From positions 62,001 to 102,119 of the forward strand of contig JBFLGF010000065.1 in NCBI GenBank assembly GCA_050230475.1: a DNA stretch of 40,119 nt. The letters run 5' to 3'. Source of the DNA: Ancylonema sp. (lineage: Eukaryota). Each line of letters starts with the position of its first letter. Position 1 is the first letter of the stretch. The notes below the pieces were generated by a model. It made no database searches, was not told where the DNA came from, and was given only the letters and a program-made list of their open reading frames with translations. A program made the position numbers and the translations under genes. Of the stretch, positions 12,397 through 25,584 are shown piece after piece.

Positions 12397-15300
12397 ATGC
12401 AGCTCTTTCATTCGTGCCTTCAGATTGCAGCCGTCATCCTTTCACTCACCCTTCTTTGTAAAGCTGAGACCCCCTTCTGTAATCAGTACGTACGATCAGA
12501 AGGCTTCCAGTGCCGAGAGTACACCGTACGTTTTATCCAAAAAACCAATGCTTATATTAACGCAATGTAGTATTGGAGATACTTTTCTCTTCTCTCTTCC
12601 GTTCGATCATCCTATATGAACAGCAAACAGTGGCGGCTGAAATTCACGGAGCAACGTATGTCAGTGTAATTTAATTGGTTATTTATCTATTTAGTAACTC
12701 GAGTGATGGCCGATTCCGTGCGAAAAAACCTCTCGTTGTTCATCACAACCACTGTCTCATAGCACATCGCTCATTCGTAACCGCTCTTTTCCTCTTTATT
12801 TCAGGTCACAACTCCCGATGGCGTCATTCTCCACCTCCAGCGAGTGGGAGCATATGGGATATCAACTACAGTCTCTCCCCAAACCACAGTTAAGCAGCCG
12901 GGCGCCACGTCGCATGATGGCGCAAATACTCCGGTGTATCCCTCTTTTGCGCCACACTCCGACAAATTCCCTGTCATATTCGACCATGCGATATTCCTGG
13001 GAGCCGGCGTTTGGTTCAACGTTCCCGGGAAAAAGTCGCATGTGTGTTTACCATTTCTGATGGCCGAGCGGGGCTTCGATGTGTGGCTGATTAACCACAG
13101 GGGTACTCAATACTCACCTGACCACGTGAGCTACACGAGAGAAGATTGGGTGAGTGAGCGGGCTGGAAGAGACAATGGATTGCTCTCGCAGAAAAAGAAA
13201 AAAATTGACAGCAAAAATTGTATCCTTCAGAAATTTTATTACAAAGCAATCAGTCACGTGCGACAATACATGACGGTCAATGTGGAAGACTATGTCGATG
13301 GAAATCGGCGCAAACATCAGGAAATAGTATAAAGTATAAAAGTATAATATATTTTATCTCATATTTTCATCGATATTAATCACTAAGAAACAAAGAAAGG
13401 CACGTGCCCTACGAAGATCGACAAACATAAACAGGGTAGATACTCCTTACCTCTGAGCTTCGCAGAGTACCTTGTGTTTGAAACCGTACAATCTAACACC
13501 AAATATTTGCGATGGCCTACGGGAAATGAAACTGATTGAATGTCATATAATTTAGTCTGATTTTCAATTTTACTTCGATTCTTCATGTCTTGTCAGCGAT
13601 ACTGGGACTGGAGCTTCGACCAATTAGCTTCAATCGATCTTCCCGCCATACTTCCGTACGTGCTCTCGGACACAAAGCAGTCAAAGGCGCACTTCATCGG
13701 GTATGACCAGGTAATAGGAAAAGTACAATTCTTATCTTATCGACACCTTGATCATCATTATATAATATACAGATTGTCAGGTTAGGAATTTCTCGGCAGG
13801 TGCCGAATCAGGAAAACGGGATTTCCAAAATAAATAACGGAAAGTAATATGTCGATATCGCCGTTGTGATCGACGCTGGTGTAAACATAAACCGACGGTG
13901 TATTTTTATAGGATAATGTGTTGTGATAGGATAATGGAATCGATACGAGTATCCAAGTCGCGGGATAATGTTAGTGTGTGACTTGTACGGAACATATCAT
14001 ACAGGCAAAATCGACATCTTGCAATCAAATGATGACATGTGTGTCAACATATCGATATCTACAACGATAATCAGTATATTACGCTGATATTCACTACATC
14101 TTCAGGGCGCTACCCTCCCTGTGTGCCTCTTCTCTGAATCGCCCGCCCTGGCGTCTCAACTTGCGAGTGCTACCCTCATTGCGCCGGTCGCTTACCTCGC
14201 CAACGTCACATCGACGGTGCTTCGATTATGGGGAAGTGGATTCTCACCAGATGAGGCAAGATAGTCCTTCCGTTTTCCGACCCGAGAAGTGGTTTAAACC
14301 CAGTCTCCCACCAATTTTCTGCTTCAAGAAACCAGTCTGCGCGGGAAATGATGGATTGTCTTTGAACATTTGGAGTGCTCAAATAGTCTTAAAAAAATGA
14401 TTCACTAAACTTCGAAGGAGGTGTTTGTTGCGGGTCGCCGATCGTTAATTTATTCTCGAATCATAACCTTGGTGACTTGTATGCAGTTAATTTACGAATA
14501 CCACGCCATTTACGGCGTATTCAACATTAGCAAGTGAGTCTTTCCTTCTCATTAAAAGCCCTTAACATACTCAACTAATCACTCCCAAAAACGGATTGGT
14601 TCAAGCTAGCCCAGTGTATGCTGTATTAATCTTCTCGAGCTGTCGTCGTTTGTTCTCTACATGGCGAATTTCGGTGACTCAAAAACAAGTGGCGTCATTG
14701 AGCCGAAACTGACATGCTTTTCATTTTTCAAACGTGTAGCACTGGTCTCGTAGACGGCATATTTGCAGCCCTCAACTCAACATTCCTCTATCGATACGGA
14801 GATGCGACCGACCTTGTAAACAACGTCACAGGTCGGCAATCCTCATACAATCTCAGTTGTTGTGGAATTTTTGTTCGACTTTGTTCAATTAATGACAAGA
14901 CAAGGACAAGGCTGAAGTACAAATTCTTATCGATTCGTATTTTTCATTTGCCGTTGTTATTTGGTATGAATGTCTCATAAATGGATGTCTCACACAATTT
15001 TAAATATTGAATGACTACGTCACTGCTCAAAATTTTATTTGCTTATTCAAGGGGAATAGTCAATGTCAATTTTTTACCACTCATCAACACTTTTCCACCC
15101 ATGCCTTTTTTTTATATACACTTAATTTGCCGGAATTATTTTTCTTTTTTTCCGACGTCTCTCACCGGACACATTTTCGTTTTTGAAAAGAGAAAATATT
15201 TAATGGGCCGTTCGTGGCCCTCAAAATCAAAGCTTGCCGTCCTCAACCAGAACCAAGCATGTGAATCGTGCAGGTCCGAGCTGCTGCATAAGTTCCACTT

Positions 15301-16762
15301 TTTCCAATTCCAATGTTGACCCCAATTGGATCGCCAGCCCTTACCGCAACCTGAATCACTACCAGCAAGGTGAGGGTCTCGCATCCCCTTAGGTTCGACC
15401 AACTCTGACGATATTTTCAACATCATTCACAATCACAATGATCGAATGTATTAGATTCAATGTAGTAGATATTATTGTGGAATACCTACCACCTCTCAAA
15501 CGGATTATATCATATTGTATTGGAAATTATATCATGCCCCAGTCCCCATAAGGCATCAGTCCCCATCAACCATAAACTTATTTCGTATATGTTTCAACAT
15601 ACTTTGTTGGTGTCATGCACCCCCCCAGAAACAAGTATGCTCCAATCTAACTCCCTCCAACCACACTTGACGGTCATATATGCCAACTTGTACACGTGTG
15701 TATACGTGTGCAACGCACGGTTTCATACATGAATCTTTCAAATGGAGTGAATCGCGACATCGTATCTCAGATACCAACGAAGATCGTGCATAGTCTCATT
15801 GTAGGTTTGAATTTTTAATTTACCGGTAGTATCACGTTCTCACGGTCCTCAGAAACTCTTTTGCTCTTTTGTTCTTATACGTTTGGTTTCCGCAAAGGTG
15901 TCGTATGAGACGATTTTAACACAATGAATGATTCATATCATTCATGAGGAGCTCACATTATCTTGTCGAGTTGCCAATCGAACAGAACTCCACAGCGGGC
16001 GGTTCCAGAAATTTCACGCTCCCACTACTCAACAAAATCAAGAGCTTTACAAAAGCGACGAACCTCCTATTGTGAGTAACGTGGAAATGCATGTTTGGAT
16101 ATGATATTTGTCGGTACACAAGGTGTGTCGTGTTCGATTCATGTGACCAGGATTGTTAGCAAGCGTGCACAAATGCATGGCCAACGGCATTAGCCACTCA
16201 TAAAACTCATCATATCCAATGTTTGTCAAAACTAATACACGGAATATCCTAAAACTACGATAAGATTGATTGTATATTATTATATGATCGATGAAAAAAT
16301 CAGAAATGACCAGTGCATTGTCGTGTTGTTTTCGTTGTCATTGTTGCTTCTACATCATTGTGTCTTCATTGCGCACCGTGGTTCAAAGTTTTGCAATTAT
16401 GTCTTGTTTTGGCGTGGTTTTTAAGACGGATGTAATACACCTTTAACAAAAATCTCTTTTTTTTCGAGAACTTTCCAAATGTGTAGTGAAATAACCTCTA
16501 ACACCCTCGATACCCCCTCTCATCCTTGCAGTACCGTCCACAAAACGTTCCGAAAGTTCTCAAAATTCTCGTCATCAATGGCGACAATGATTGGTTCGCG
16601 GACACCCCAAACATTAATCGCCTCGTCTCCGAGCTTCCCTCGGGAACCAAGCATATCGTGGTTCCAAACTTTAGCCACCTAGACCTAATGCTCGGAAATA
16701 GCACCCGCGAGCTAGTCTTTGATCGCGTCATCGCATACATTTCGAGTGGTTACATGACGTAA
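12397..16762 (+). CDS. Secreted acid/triacylglycerol lipase-like alpha/beta hydrolase with altered nucleophile. Exons 12397-12525, 12805-13149, 13597-13710, 14106-14255, 14487-14533, 14740-14831, 15274-15369, 15986-16071, 16532-16762
   Basis: Signal-peptide-like N-terminus, then family motifs: FQCREYT|VTTPDG.ILHLQR, LPFLMAERGFDVWLINHRGTQYS, YWDWSFDQLASIDLPAIL, HFIGYDQ|G, IAPVAYL, GPSCCISS, GDNDWFAD, NFSHLDLMLG. All exon phases are consistent; one GC donor at 14256. Confidence 0.9.
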
Positions 16763-18540
16763 TAATCCGTTCTCCGCGTGCTCTATTAGTCATCGACCCG
16801 ACACTTACACAGAACGGAAAACGGTTATCAAATGCACGGCCATGGCACCAAGCTCTGATTTACCAAAAGTGCGTACTACATGTTTGGGAGTGTTTTTAAT
16901 TTTTTAGATGCACGATTTCACGAACATCAAGTCATCTTTTATGGAAATAAATGGAAAATGTGTTTCTTTTGTATCACGTGTGCACAATGACTCACTAGAC
17001 ATGTAAATTTCATAGCCAAACGATGTTTTTTAAGTGGAGAGGTGAACCAACGATTTATCTCCGAGAACAACGTGTTTTTTTGTCACGATGTGTGCAATTG
17101 ACCTGTCAACTTTGTCCATTGGCGTATTTTGTTCAATTGCGAACACTTGAATGCTTGTATCCTAATTATGATTGTTGTGATCGTTACCAAACGTTATGAA
17201 CAAAGCAATGATGATATTGGATCGTGGATGTGACAACAGAACATGTTCGTGTTCATGAGTGTAGATATGGCTGATTTGGTTCAACATTATGTGACTTTTT
17301 GCATAGGAATGGATTTCGATGTGAGAGACTAACTTAGAGATTGACAATATAAAGCCACGCTATACTGCGATAGTGGAGTGCGATTCTTATAGTGCATGCA
17401 TGAAAAATGTACTCTAGCCACCCGCCACATACACGTCGAGCGTCAAGTATCAGATTACCAACCGGATACGACAAGTGATACATTACAAATGATTCAAGAT
17501 GCGTACTTGGAGCTCATTGAGTCGGTAGAAGCGACCAAATGTCGTGCAAATGATATATGTAAGACTTGTGGTCCATTTTGGATCTATTGGACAATGAGAA
17601 CAATTACATGTGTTTGAATACGTGTGTCGTTACGCTATCCGACGAGGAAGGGAAAATCAAACAACGCGGGAAGGGTGAGGTGGGGAGGGTAAGAAGAGAA
17701 ACTAACCGCGAAAAGGAAACATTACTAGAAGATTATTGTTGTATACTTTCCATTGTGCTGCCCACTCAAAAAAAGTGTGTCAAAGACCAGTTAAAACTCA
17801 TCTCCAAAGCAAGCTAAGAACGCTGGGGATAAAGTGGGCATGCTCTGCCTCACATTTTCGGAGGGCGAAGGTGGATCGGGGGGACCAAGCAGAAGGCAGA
17901 CTGACACCAAGGTCCTGCAAGATCCACCCACATCAGAGAAGACAAAATTATGTACGGAAATCTCATTGCTGAGTATGCGACCAGGATCTCCGCGGCCACA
18001 CACGTTCGGTCGCTTCTAACTTCAGAGTACACGTGTATATTTTAAAGTGTCCTATTTGACCACGTGTTATTTCTAGGACGTGCTCGCTCCACCTGTCAGT
18101 CCCGACAAGAATGATGCAAGAATGATGCCGGTGGTCGAAGATCAAAACCACAAACCGCGATCCGGTTAGAGGCGGAAGCCTGCGAGACGAGCCCACAAAT
18201 TCAAGATGGGTTACCGTGGCTTGGGGAAAAAGTCGGTCAGTAACAGATGAAATTCTGCTATTTTGTTATCCAGTCGTACTCGCAAACGTGTCCAGCAGTT
18301 CTAATTCCTACCTCTTCCGTATTTCAGCGACTGGTACTCATACCTTCACCACTGTCCCATGTCGTAAACGTAGTCGGTGTATATAACATACCATTAGCCT
18401 GCAATGACCCGGAACGAAATCTTTATTCTATGTATGCGCCTCGGGGTTTAGTGCAGCTTTGTCTGATAACAAAGTCAGTCACGGTCTGACATTCTGATTC
18501 CGTTCATATTATGTCTGGAAATCCAAACTCAGCAGCAGGA

Positions 18541-21500
18541 ATGGAGGGAGGCGTAGCGCGAGCGAAGGCAGTACCCCAGCCAGGTATAAAACAATGTTGC
18601 GATGGATTTTTTTCTGGAAATGGTGCTGAAGTCTCTCCGGTACTGTAATGATCTTGGAGGACGACCATCAGTCACAGAGGTCAGCGAGTGATCAGCGAGT
18701 GCCTGGAGGATATGTACGAGAAATTGAGGCATGAGAAGGAAGAGTCCTTGCATTGTGTAATTATTTTGCAAGTGCCGAGGATCGTGTACTTGCTGAGTGC
18801 TGTCAGCACCACATTAAATACCGAGCGCTTTCCATGATCGGCTGTATGAAGCACACGCTAGGGGAAAAAACTGCAATCGCTTGTGGCGGAACCGGGAAGT
18901 AAATAGATACAACGTTTATCGCATTTGCAAGAATACGAAGATGTTCTTTTTCTTCAGCAAGTCTCAAGTGAATGTAATAAATGTAGAGTCGGCAGGACGT
19001 CTTTTTTTGTTTCAAAATCTGACAGTCTAATGTGTTCCCTGTACGTGTAGACATCGGCGCGGTGCTGATGGAGGCCCGCAGTAGATGGCTAAAAGCTCTT
19101 GAGATTGTGGACATTCTGAAGAATTTTGCCAAGTACGAATTCCAGCTGAATCAGGAACCGCCAATGAAGCCAAAAAGTGAGTTGTAGTCACTGTTCGGAA
19201 CTGCTGCCATGGGGCTTTCAGGCTGCAGCGAAATTACTGTTGATCAGTACCTTGAAAAGCAACAGCAAGCGCGAGTTTTCGTTGTGAATCCAGACTTTGT
19301 CCCGGTGCAGGTGGTTCGCTCTACTTGTTTGATCGGAAGGCAGTTCGTTATTTCCGAAAGGATGGACATAATTGGAGGAAGAAGAAAGATGGGAAGACTG
19401 TGCGAGAGGCTCACGAAAAGCTAAAGGTATATGGGAAAGCCGGCGCTTCCGACTCCATAACACATGCCTCTTATTAAGACAGCAGCCCCGTTCGTGGTAA
19501 AATATGTATGCCATGCCTCCGCATGTGCATGTCTGTCATCTAACCACAAGTTGCTGCCGATTAGGCCCACACATGCATGCTCGTCCTCTAAACTATGGCT
19601 GCTCGCATGCATGTTGGAGCAGGCTGGCAGCGTGGACATGCTGCATTGCTATTATGCACATTCGGAGGAAGACGATCGCTTTCAGAGACGTTGCTACTGG
19701 ATGCTTGAAGAGTGAGTGGGAAAATGGGAAAATGCAACCACACATACATTGAGGAATGAAACCTTGACAAGCTCCACAAGACGTCGTTGCAAAGGAGAGC
19801 GCAGGTGAATGTATGTACATTACAGCGCAGCACAGGGGTACCCTGTCGAAGATATTCAGGATTCAGAACACCTGCTAGGGTATAAATCCACTGAATCTAG
19901 TGAATGCACCGGAGTAGCCATCCATAACTTCAGAGACACTGCAAGCCACGCAGTCCGAACTCATCGGTGCTGCCTTGTGGCGATTCCAAAGTTTACTTCT
20001 GAGGTGGGTGGGTGGGTGGGTGGGATGGTCAGGGCGCTTGAGCATGTAGTGATGGTACACTATTTAGTAGTGCCCCAGGGTGCTGGGAGGGCACATCTTT
20101 CACCCAAGTCCAGCGCCCCCAGCTCCCCTCGAACCCATCCCCCATCCTCTCCGGGTCACCTCACTCCCTACTCTCCCCTCCCCAGCACTCCAGCGGGACA
20201 AGTCCAGTCCCAGCACACAAGCTCCGACCACTCAGAGCCCTCCACGTACACCCCAACTTCCGCCCGACCGCAGTTGAGAGTTGTGCCGTCACCTGGCAAC
20301 ACAGGAGCAGAGTACGACTCAGATGGAGGAGAGGAGATGGAGGCGTGGGAGGAGGAGGAGGAGGAGGAGGAGGAGGAAGGGCAGAGAGGTATAGGGCTTC
20401 TAGGGAATGGGTTCAATACAGCGAGTCCCTTGCAGCAGGTGACATCACAGAATCTGCCACGTGTCACTCCACAGGCTGCCCAGCCCTTGCATCCAACGTG
20501 GTCGCCAGGGGGGATGGCAGTCCCTGTAGAGGGGGTTCAGCCAAGTGGAGGCAGTGGACTGAGGACAGGTGGCAGCTCGGAGTCGCAAGAAGAGTTTGTG
20601 GATTCTGAGGACAAAACGTTGAACTCCATGAGAAGAGGGACAGTGGTACAGGGGAACAGCTTTGGAGGCCTTTTTCAAGCACCCGCTGTCATGTTGCCGA
20701 ACAGTGAGACTTGGCTGCTTCCTTCTTCGCTGCACCTGAACCTAACCAACCAAAACCCGATTCCGAACCTGGACTGGAACCCGAAACCTGGCCTTGAACC
20801 TAAACCTAAACCTGAACCTGTATTCATTCGGATGGAAGAGAGTAGAAGGAGTATCTCAGCCCCCCCACTGCCAAACATTACTTCTCTTTCCTCCCATCTC
20901 CTCCCTCACCTCTCCTGCTGCAACTCACAACCTGCACGGGTGGGATGGGGGCTGGGGGCAGGCAATTCCGGTGGCAGTGGGGGGATCCAGTTCGGCGATC
21001 CAGACTTGGCTCTTGCTGGCCTCGCTCCGGTGGACCTTCCTTGGAACGGACTGCTCCCAGACTCGGACTCTAAGGGAGGGGCAGGGAGCCAGGCCGCAGT
21101 GCCTTTCTCCTGGGCGGACTTTGTGGGCTCAGACAGCCGCAACTCGAATGGGAACTGGCCTGCCTCCAATTCTAGCAGGCAGGTGGGTGCACAGGAGGTG
21201 AGATGATCAGATAATCAGATGATGGTCGGGGCATTGGATTTAGAGAATGCACATGTTGATTTCTTTCTTCCTGTCTGCCTTTCTGCCTTCCTGCCTTTCT
21301 GCCTTTCATGTTTTGATGGGGGTGGTGTTGCAGCCTGCGATACCTACGTGGCCAAGCACTCGGAGTCTGGATCTGGATATGGCCTTCCCAGCTTCAGTAA
21401 GTGCGCGCTCGCGCGCCCTCATGTACCTCTGTGGCGGGGGGGGCGAGTGCAGTGGGAATTCCGAGGGAGGGGAAGGAAGTGGCAGGGAGGCTTTCAATAA

Positions 21501-23765
21501 CAGACTGTCAGTAGGTGGTAGAAGAAGTGGTACACGGAAATTGGATTGGGAGAGGGCAGTGACACACATGACATCATGTGTGTGAAAGTGGTTGTTCTTT
21601 TCCACCGAACAAGAGAAGTGATCCAGAGGGATCAGTGGAGTTCGATGTGTGTTTCAATCAAACGAAACGTAGGAGACCGAAAGGCTACGCGCTGAGGGTG
21701 GCCTCCGGTGAGGGTGCAGGATAGTTACACGCTAGCGGAAGAGCCTGCAGCAGAGGGAGAACCCCCAGATTCTCTACCCCTCTCATCTGATAACCTTCCA
21801 CCTCGCATGTTGGACGGGGATTCCAATTTCTCGGCCTCCACCATCCAACAGATCCTGGCAGAAATGAAGTCCGATTCTGGCAGGGGCAGGAGCAGGGGTA
21901 GGGTAGGGGGGGAAGAGTCAGGGCGGGGGAGGGGAAAGAAGAGCCGGGCAGAGCTAGAGAAGCTGGACAGCTTTGGGAAGTGGGTCCAAGATATGTGCCC
22001 CCCCGAGGGACGGAAGGGCGCTGACCGGAATCCAGAGCACCACTCTACCTTGTTCCACATCCTTGATTTCTCCCCCGCAGTGTGTCGCGAGACGGGAGGA
22101 GAGAAGGTGTGTTGAAGATGGGGGCTGGGGAAGGGGGCTGGGGAAGGGTGGGAGGGGGAGTTGGGTCATGTGGTTGGGGTGGGGGGGAGGTTTTACTTTC
22201 TCTTTGCGCAGAGAGTTAGAACTGTTGTACCTCCCAAGAATCTCTCTATCTAGGGAGGCAACTCACATCTCCCAAAAAAACGGCAAAAGGGGCTTCTGTC
22301 GTGTGCCCACCTGATCACATTTCGCCCATCCCTCCTTCCAAACCATGCATTCTGACGGACACTTGTGTCCACATCCGTTGGGGGCAGGTTTTGGTGGCAG
22401 GAGTTTCGAACAGAGAAGTGAAGAAGGGGGAGGTGAAGTGGGGATGCCTGTTCGGGACGTCTCAGGTTTCTGCGAAGATGATTGCCCCAGGAGTCCTCCG
22501 CTGCATCGCGCCCCCCCATCCCCCTGGGGTGGTTTCTTTCAGCGTGACAGCAAACAACGGGGAGCCGTGTAGCTTGATTCAGCGGTTGGAGTACAAATCC
22601 GTACAGAGTGTACCCGGACCCTCGGTTGAGGACAAGGAAGCGGTACAGGGGGAAGACATGAATCTGCAGATCCGGTTGAGCCGGATCCTGACACGGGGCC
22701 AGCCATGCGGTGGGGGGGATGGGGCGGATGGGTGGCAAGAGAGTTATGAGAGCACGTGGGCGTGGTTGGAGGAGGTGGTCGTGACGGGGGAGCCGTTGAC
22801 AGCTGGCGTGGTTAAGGAGCAGCTCCTGGTCACCCTCCTCACGAGCCACATGGAGTGGTGGGTGCAGTCCCAGGGGGCAGCAGCCAAGGGCGGTGTGGTG
22901 GACGAGGGGGGGCTGGGGGCGTTCCACCTGTGCGGGGCTCTGGGCTACGCCTGGGCAGTCCCTCTGCTGGCAGCCTCAGGGTGTGATGTGGACTGCCCTG
23001 ATGCGAAGCAACGGACGGCGCTGCATTGGGCGGCTGCTTGTGGCAGGTGAGCTGTTGGGGGTGGCGGTGGGGGGGGGGTCTGTACGGGTGCGGGTGTGGG
23101 TGTGGGTATGGGTACGGTTATCATTGTTTGGGGGGAAGGGAATATTGAGCAAAGTGGGAGTGGGGAGGGGTGGTGGCAGGGAGAAAACGGTGGTGGCTCT
23201 GCTGGCAGCAGGGGCTGCTCCAGCCATGCTGGCAGGGGTGGGGGATGGGACCACCCCTGCTGACCTGGCGGCTGGCAACTGCCACTCTGGCATCGCTGCC
23301 TACCTATCGCAGGTGGCCCTCAACAGGAGCCTCTCCACCATGTCTCTCAAAGAGGGGGTGTTGGACCCCAGAGCGTCTGTAGCAGCAAGGAAGGCAGCAG
23401 AGGCAGCGGTGGCACGGGTGGGGGGGGCAGGTGGGGAGAGAGAGGGGATGGAGGTGTTGTTAGGGGCCGTAAGAAACGCAGCGCATTCCGCTGCACTGAT
23501 TCAAGCGGCGTTCCGGCAGCAGTCGATGCAGCGTAGAAGGGGGAGTGAGGGCGGGGTGGATGAGAACGGGTTGAGCGAGGAGGAGATGAGGGTGTTGGTG
23601 GCTGTGAGGAAGGTGCAGAATGGGAGATGGCTGAGGGAGCGAAGGAAGGTTGGGGTGGGGGAGGATGCGGATCATGAAGCAGCCAGGAGAATACAGCGGA
23701 GGTATCGCGCGTATAAGGGGCGGAAAAACTTTCTGACCATGCGGAAGAGGATCGTGATGCTTCAG

Positions 23766-23799
<34 letters not shown>

Positions 23800-24927
23800 A
23801 GATCTCTCTCCTCTATCCCAAACTTTCCACGCGATTTCTGCAAAAAAAAGTTTTTTTTTTTTGCGTTGGTTAGGTGGAATTGCTCATGATCTTCATCAAC
23901 CAATCGATCTGTGAGGCGTGTCAGTGAAGCGATGAGGGACAATGTCCCAAAAATGTGGTACCTATGTATCCCTAACTCCTCTCATTTTTTGTCCTTCCCA
24001 GGAACACAGAAGCATATAAATCACATGTGTTTACATACATATTACATGTGTACATATCTATGTATAACACACCGTGTACGACTATGTCATGATGGATAGT
24101 CATTGTGACACGTAACCAATGAAAACATTCAGAGCATTTAGTGATGAGAGCTATTTGGGGGGGTCCCTATCTGTGCTGAGTGTAGGCCCACATACGAGGC
24201 CACCTCACCCGAAGGAGTCTAAAACGCATGCGCTGGTCCGTCGGGATCCTCGAACAAGCGATCCTACGGTGGCGCCGCAAACGTACGGGACTCCGATTTC
24301 TGGACCACCTGCCCCACAGGGGCTTCCACGCAGAAGTCGTCTTAAACCCCACAGACCTCTGTCCTCCACTGCCTCCTTTGGAACTGGGGGATGTGCCGGA
24401 GGACAAGAGAGCTGCGGAGCTATGGCTGCACGCAGACAGGTCGCGGTCTGAGAGAGAGGCGGCGTTGAGTGGTGCCGTGGAAAAGGTGGCGGATATGGTG
24501 AGGTCAGACGAGGCGTGGGCGCAGTATTCGAGACTGAAAGAAGCCGAAACAAGCCTAGGAGTGCTGCCCACGGTGAGGTCACTTGGGTGGTCACTATGGT
24601 GGTCACTAGGGTGGTCACTAGGGTTTCTGGGGTCTAATTTGCTGTGCGGTTCTTGGGTTGTCTTCAATGCTTCACATGGAATACTTGGCTTTATCCGCTT
24701 TTTTTTTTAACGTTTGTGTTTGCAAACCAAGGTTTTTTTCTCAGTATTTACTGAGTATGATATAAGTTTTTATTGAGTATTCTTTGACAGCTTTATTGAG
24801 TATTCATTGACGATATTTGTGAAGTTTGAATGTATTTAGGTACTCCCCCATCTGTTTTTAATGATCGGTATTATTTCTGAAATGGTCGTGATCGATTTGG
24901 TGCATGCAGGGAAATGGGGGCGATTAA
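18541..24927 (+). CDS. CAMTA: Calmodulin-binding transcription activator. Exons 18541-18583, 19051-19176, 19311-19426, 19623-19711, 20033-~21182/21197, 21334-21396, 21720-22106, 22388-23046, 23180-23765, 24186-24572; terminal exon 24910-24927 is tentative
   Basis: CG-1 domain (EARSRWLKALEI, SLYLFDRKAVRYFRKDGHNWRKKKDGKTVREAHEKLK, LHCYYAH, FQRRCYWMLE, HVVMVHY). Then LEKLDSFGKW, TIG domain (ILDFSP...GVLRCIAPPH), ankyrin repeats (TALHWAA, TPADLA), IQ motifs (RIQRRYRAYKGRKNF, LQAHIRGH) and the CaM-binding WSVGILEQAILRWRRKRTGLR. Confidence 0.95.
24577..24624. repeat. 12-mer tandem repeat (GGTCACTAGGGT x4) immediately after a CAMTA donor site
   Basis: ggtcacttgggt ggtcactatggt ggtcactagggt ggtcactagggt. 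Confidence 0.9.
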
Positions 24928-25584
24928 GATATGATTCTGCAATGATTTCAGGAAATCTATTTGTCGGGGGGGGTGCAATATTCACTCCTCCTGAAGTGGC
25001 TGTCAGTCTTATATATACATGTAGAAATAACGAAATGCAACGCAAACCCCGTAGCCCAGTTCAGGTCTTGTAATAATCCAATTGCCTCTTACATGATATC
25101 GAGCATAATAAACATCTTTATACAGGATTGTTATGGTCAAAGTGTGATGATATAGTGTAGGCCCACTCGCTCCCGAGAACAGTGAATGACATCCGCAATT
25201 GTTGATCACTGTTGTTGGTGTCGAATTGATAGAATAGCACGATTGCGGTGGTGTGAGGAAGACAATTTGGTGGGATCCCTTTTTATGTTGGTCCCATCAA
25301 CTTTCGAACACTATCAATGCTCGATTCGCACAATATCGAGGCATACCAACACCTTCACATCTCATGCTTTGACTTTGATTGCACAACGCAAATATATGTT
25401 GTTACGTGTGGTGGGAGAAATCAACATGAGTTACGCTTTTTTAAAGTGTTTGAACGAATGTGTACGAAAAGATAATGCCAAATCTTAATATCATCATGCC
25501 ATTTCCATCAATGTGCAGAACGTCATTTATCGATGGACTTAAGTAAAGGACATACGTCACCTCACACATCATCATCCCTCCTAG

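Noticed and set aside
15771..15804. Possible extra lipase exon (IPTKIVHSLIV)
   Set aside because: Exons 15274-15369 and 15986-16071 already join in phase and match the family without it; including it would shift the frame.
24577..24624. 12-mer and 9-mer arrays as CRISPR or telomeric repeats
   Set aside because: There are no spacers, the units are too short, the context is eukaryotic and intronic, and they are not TTTAGGG arrays.
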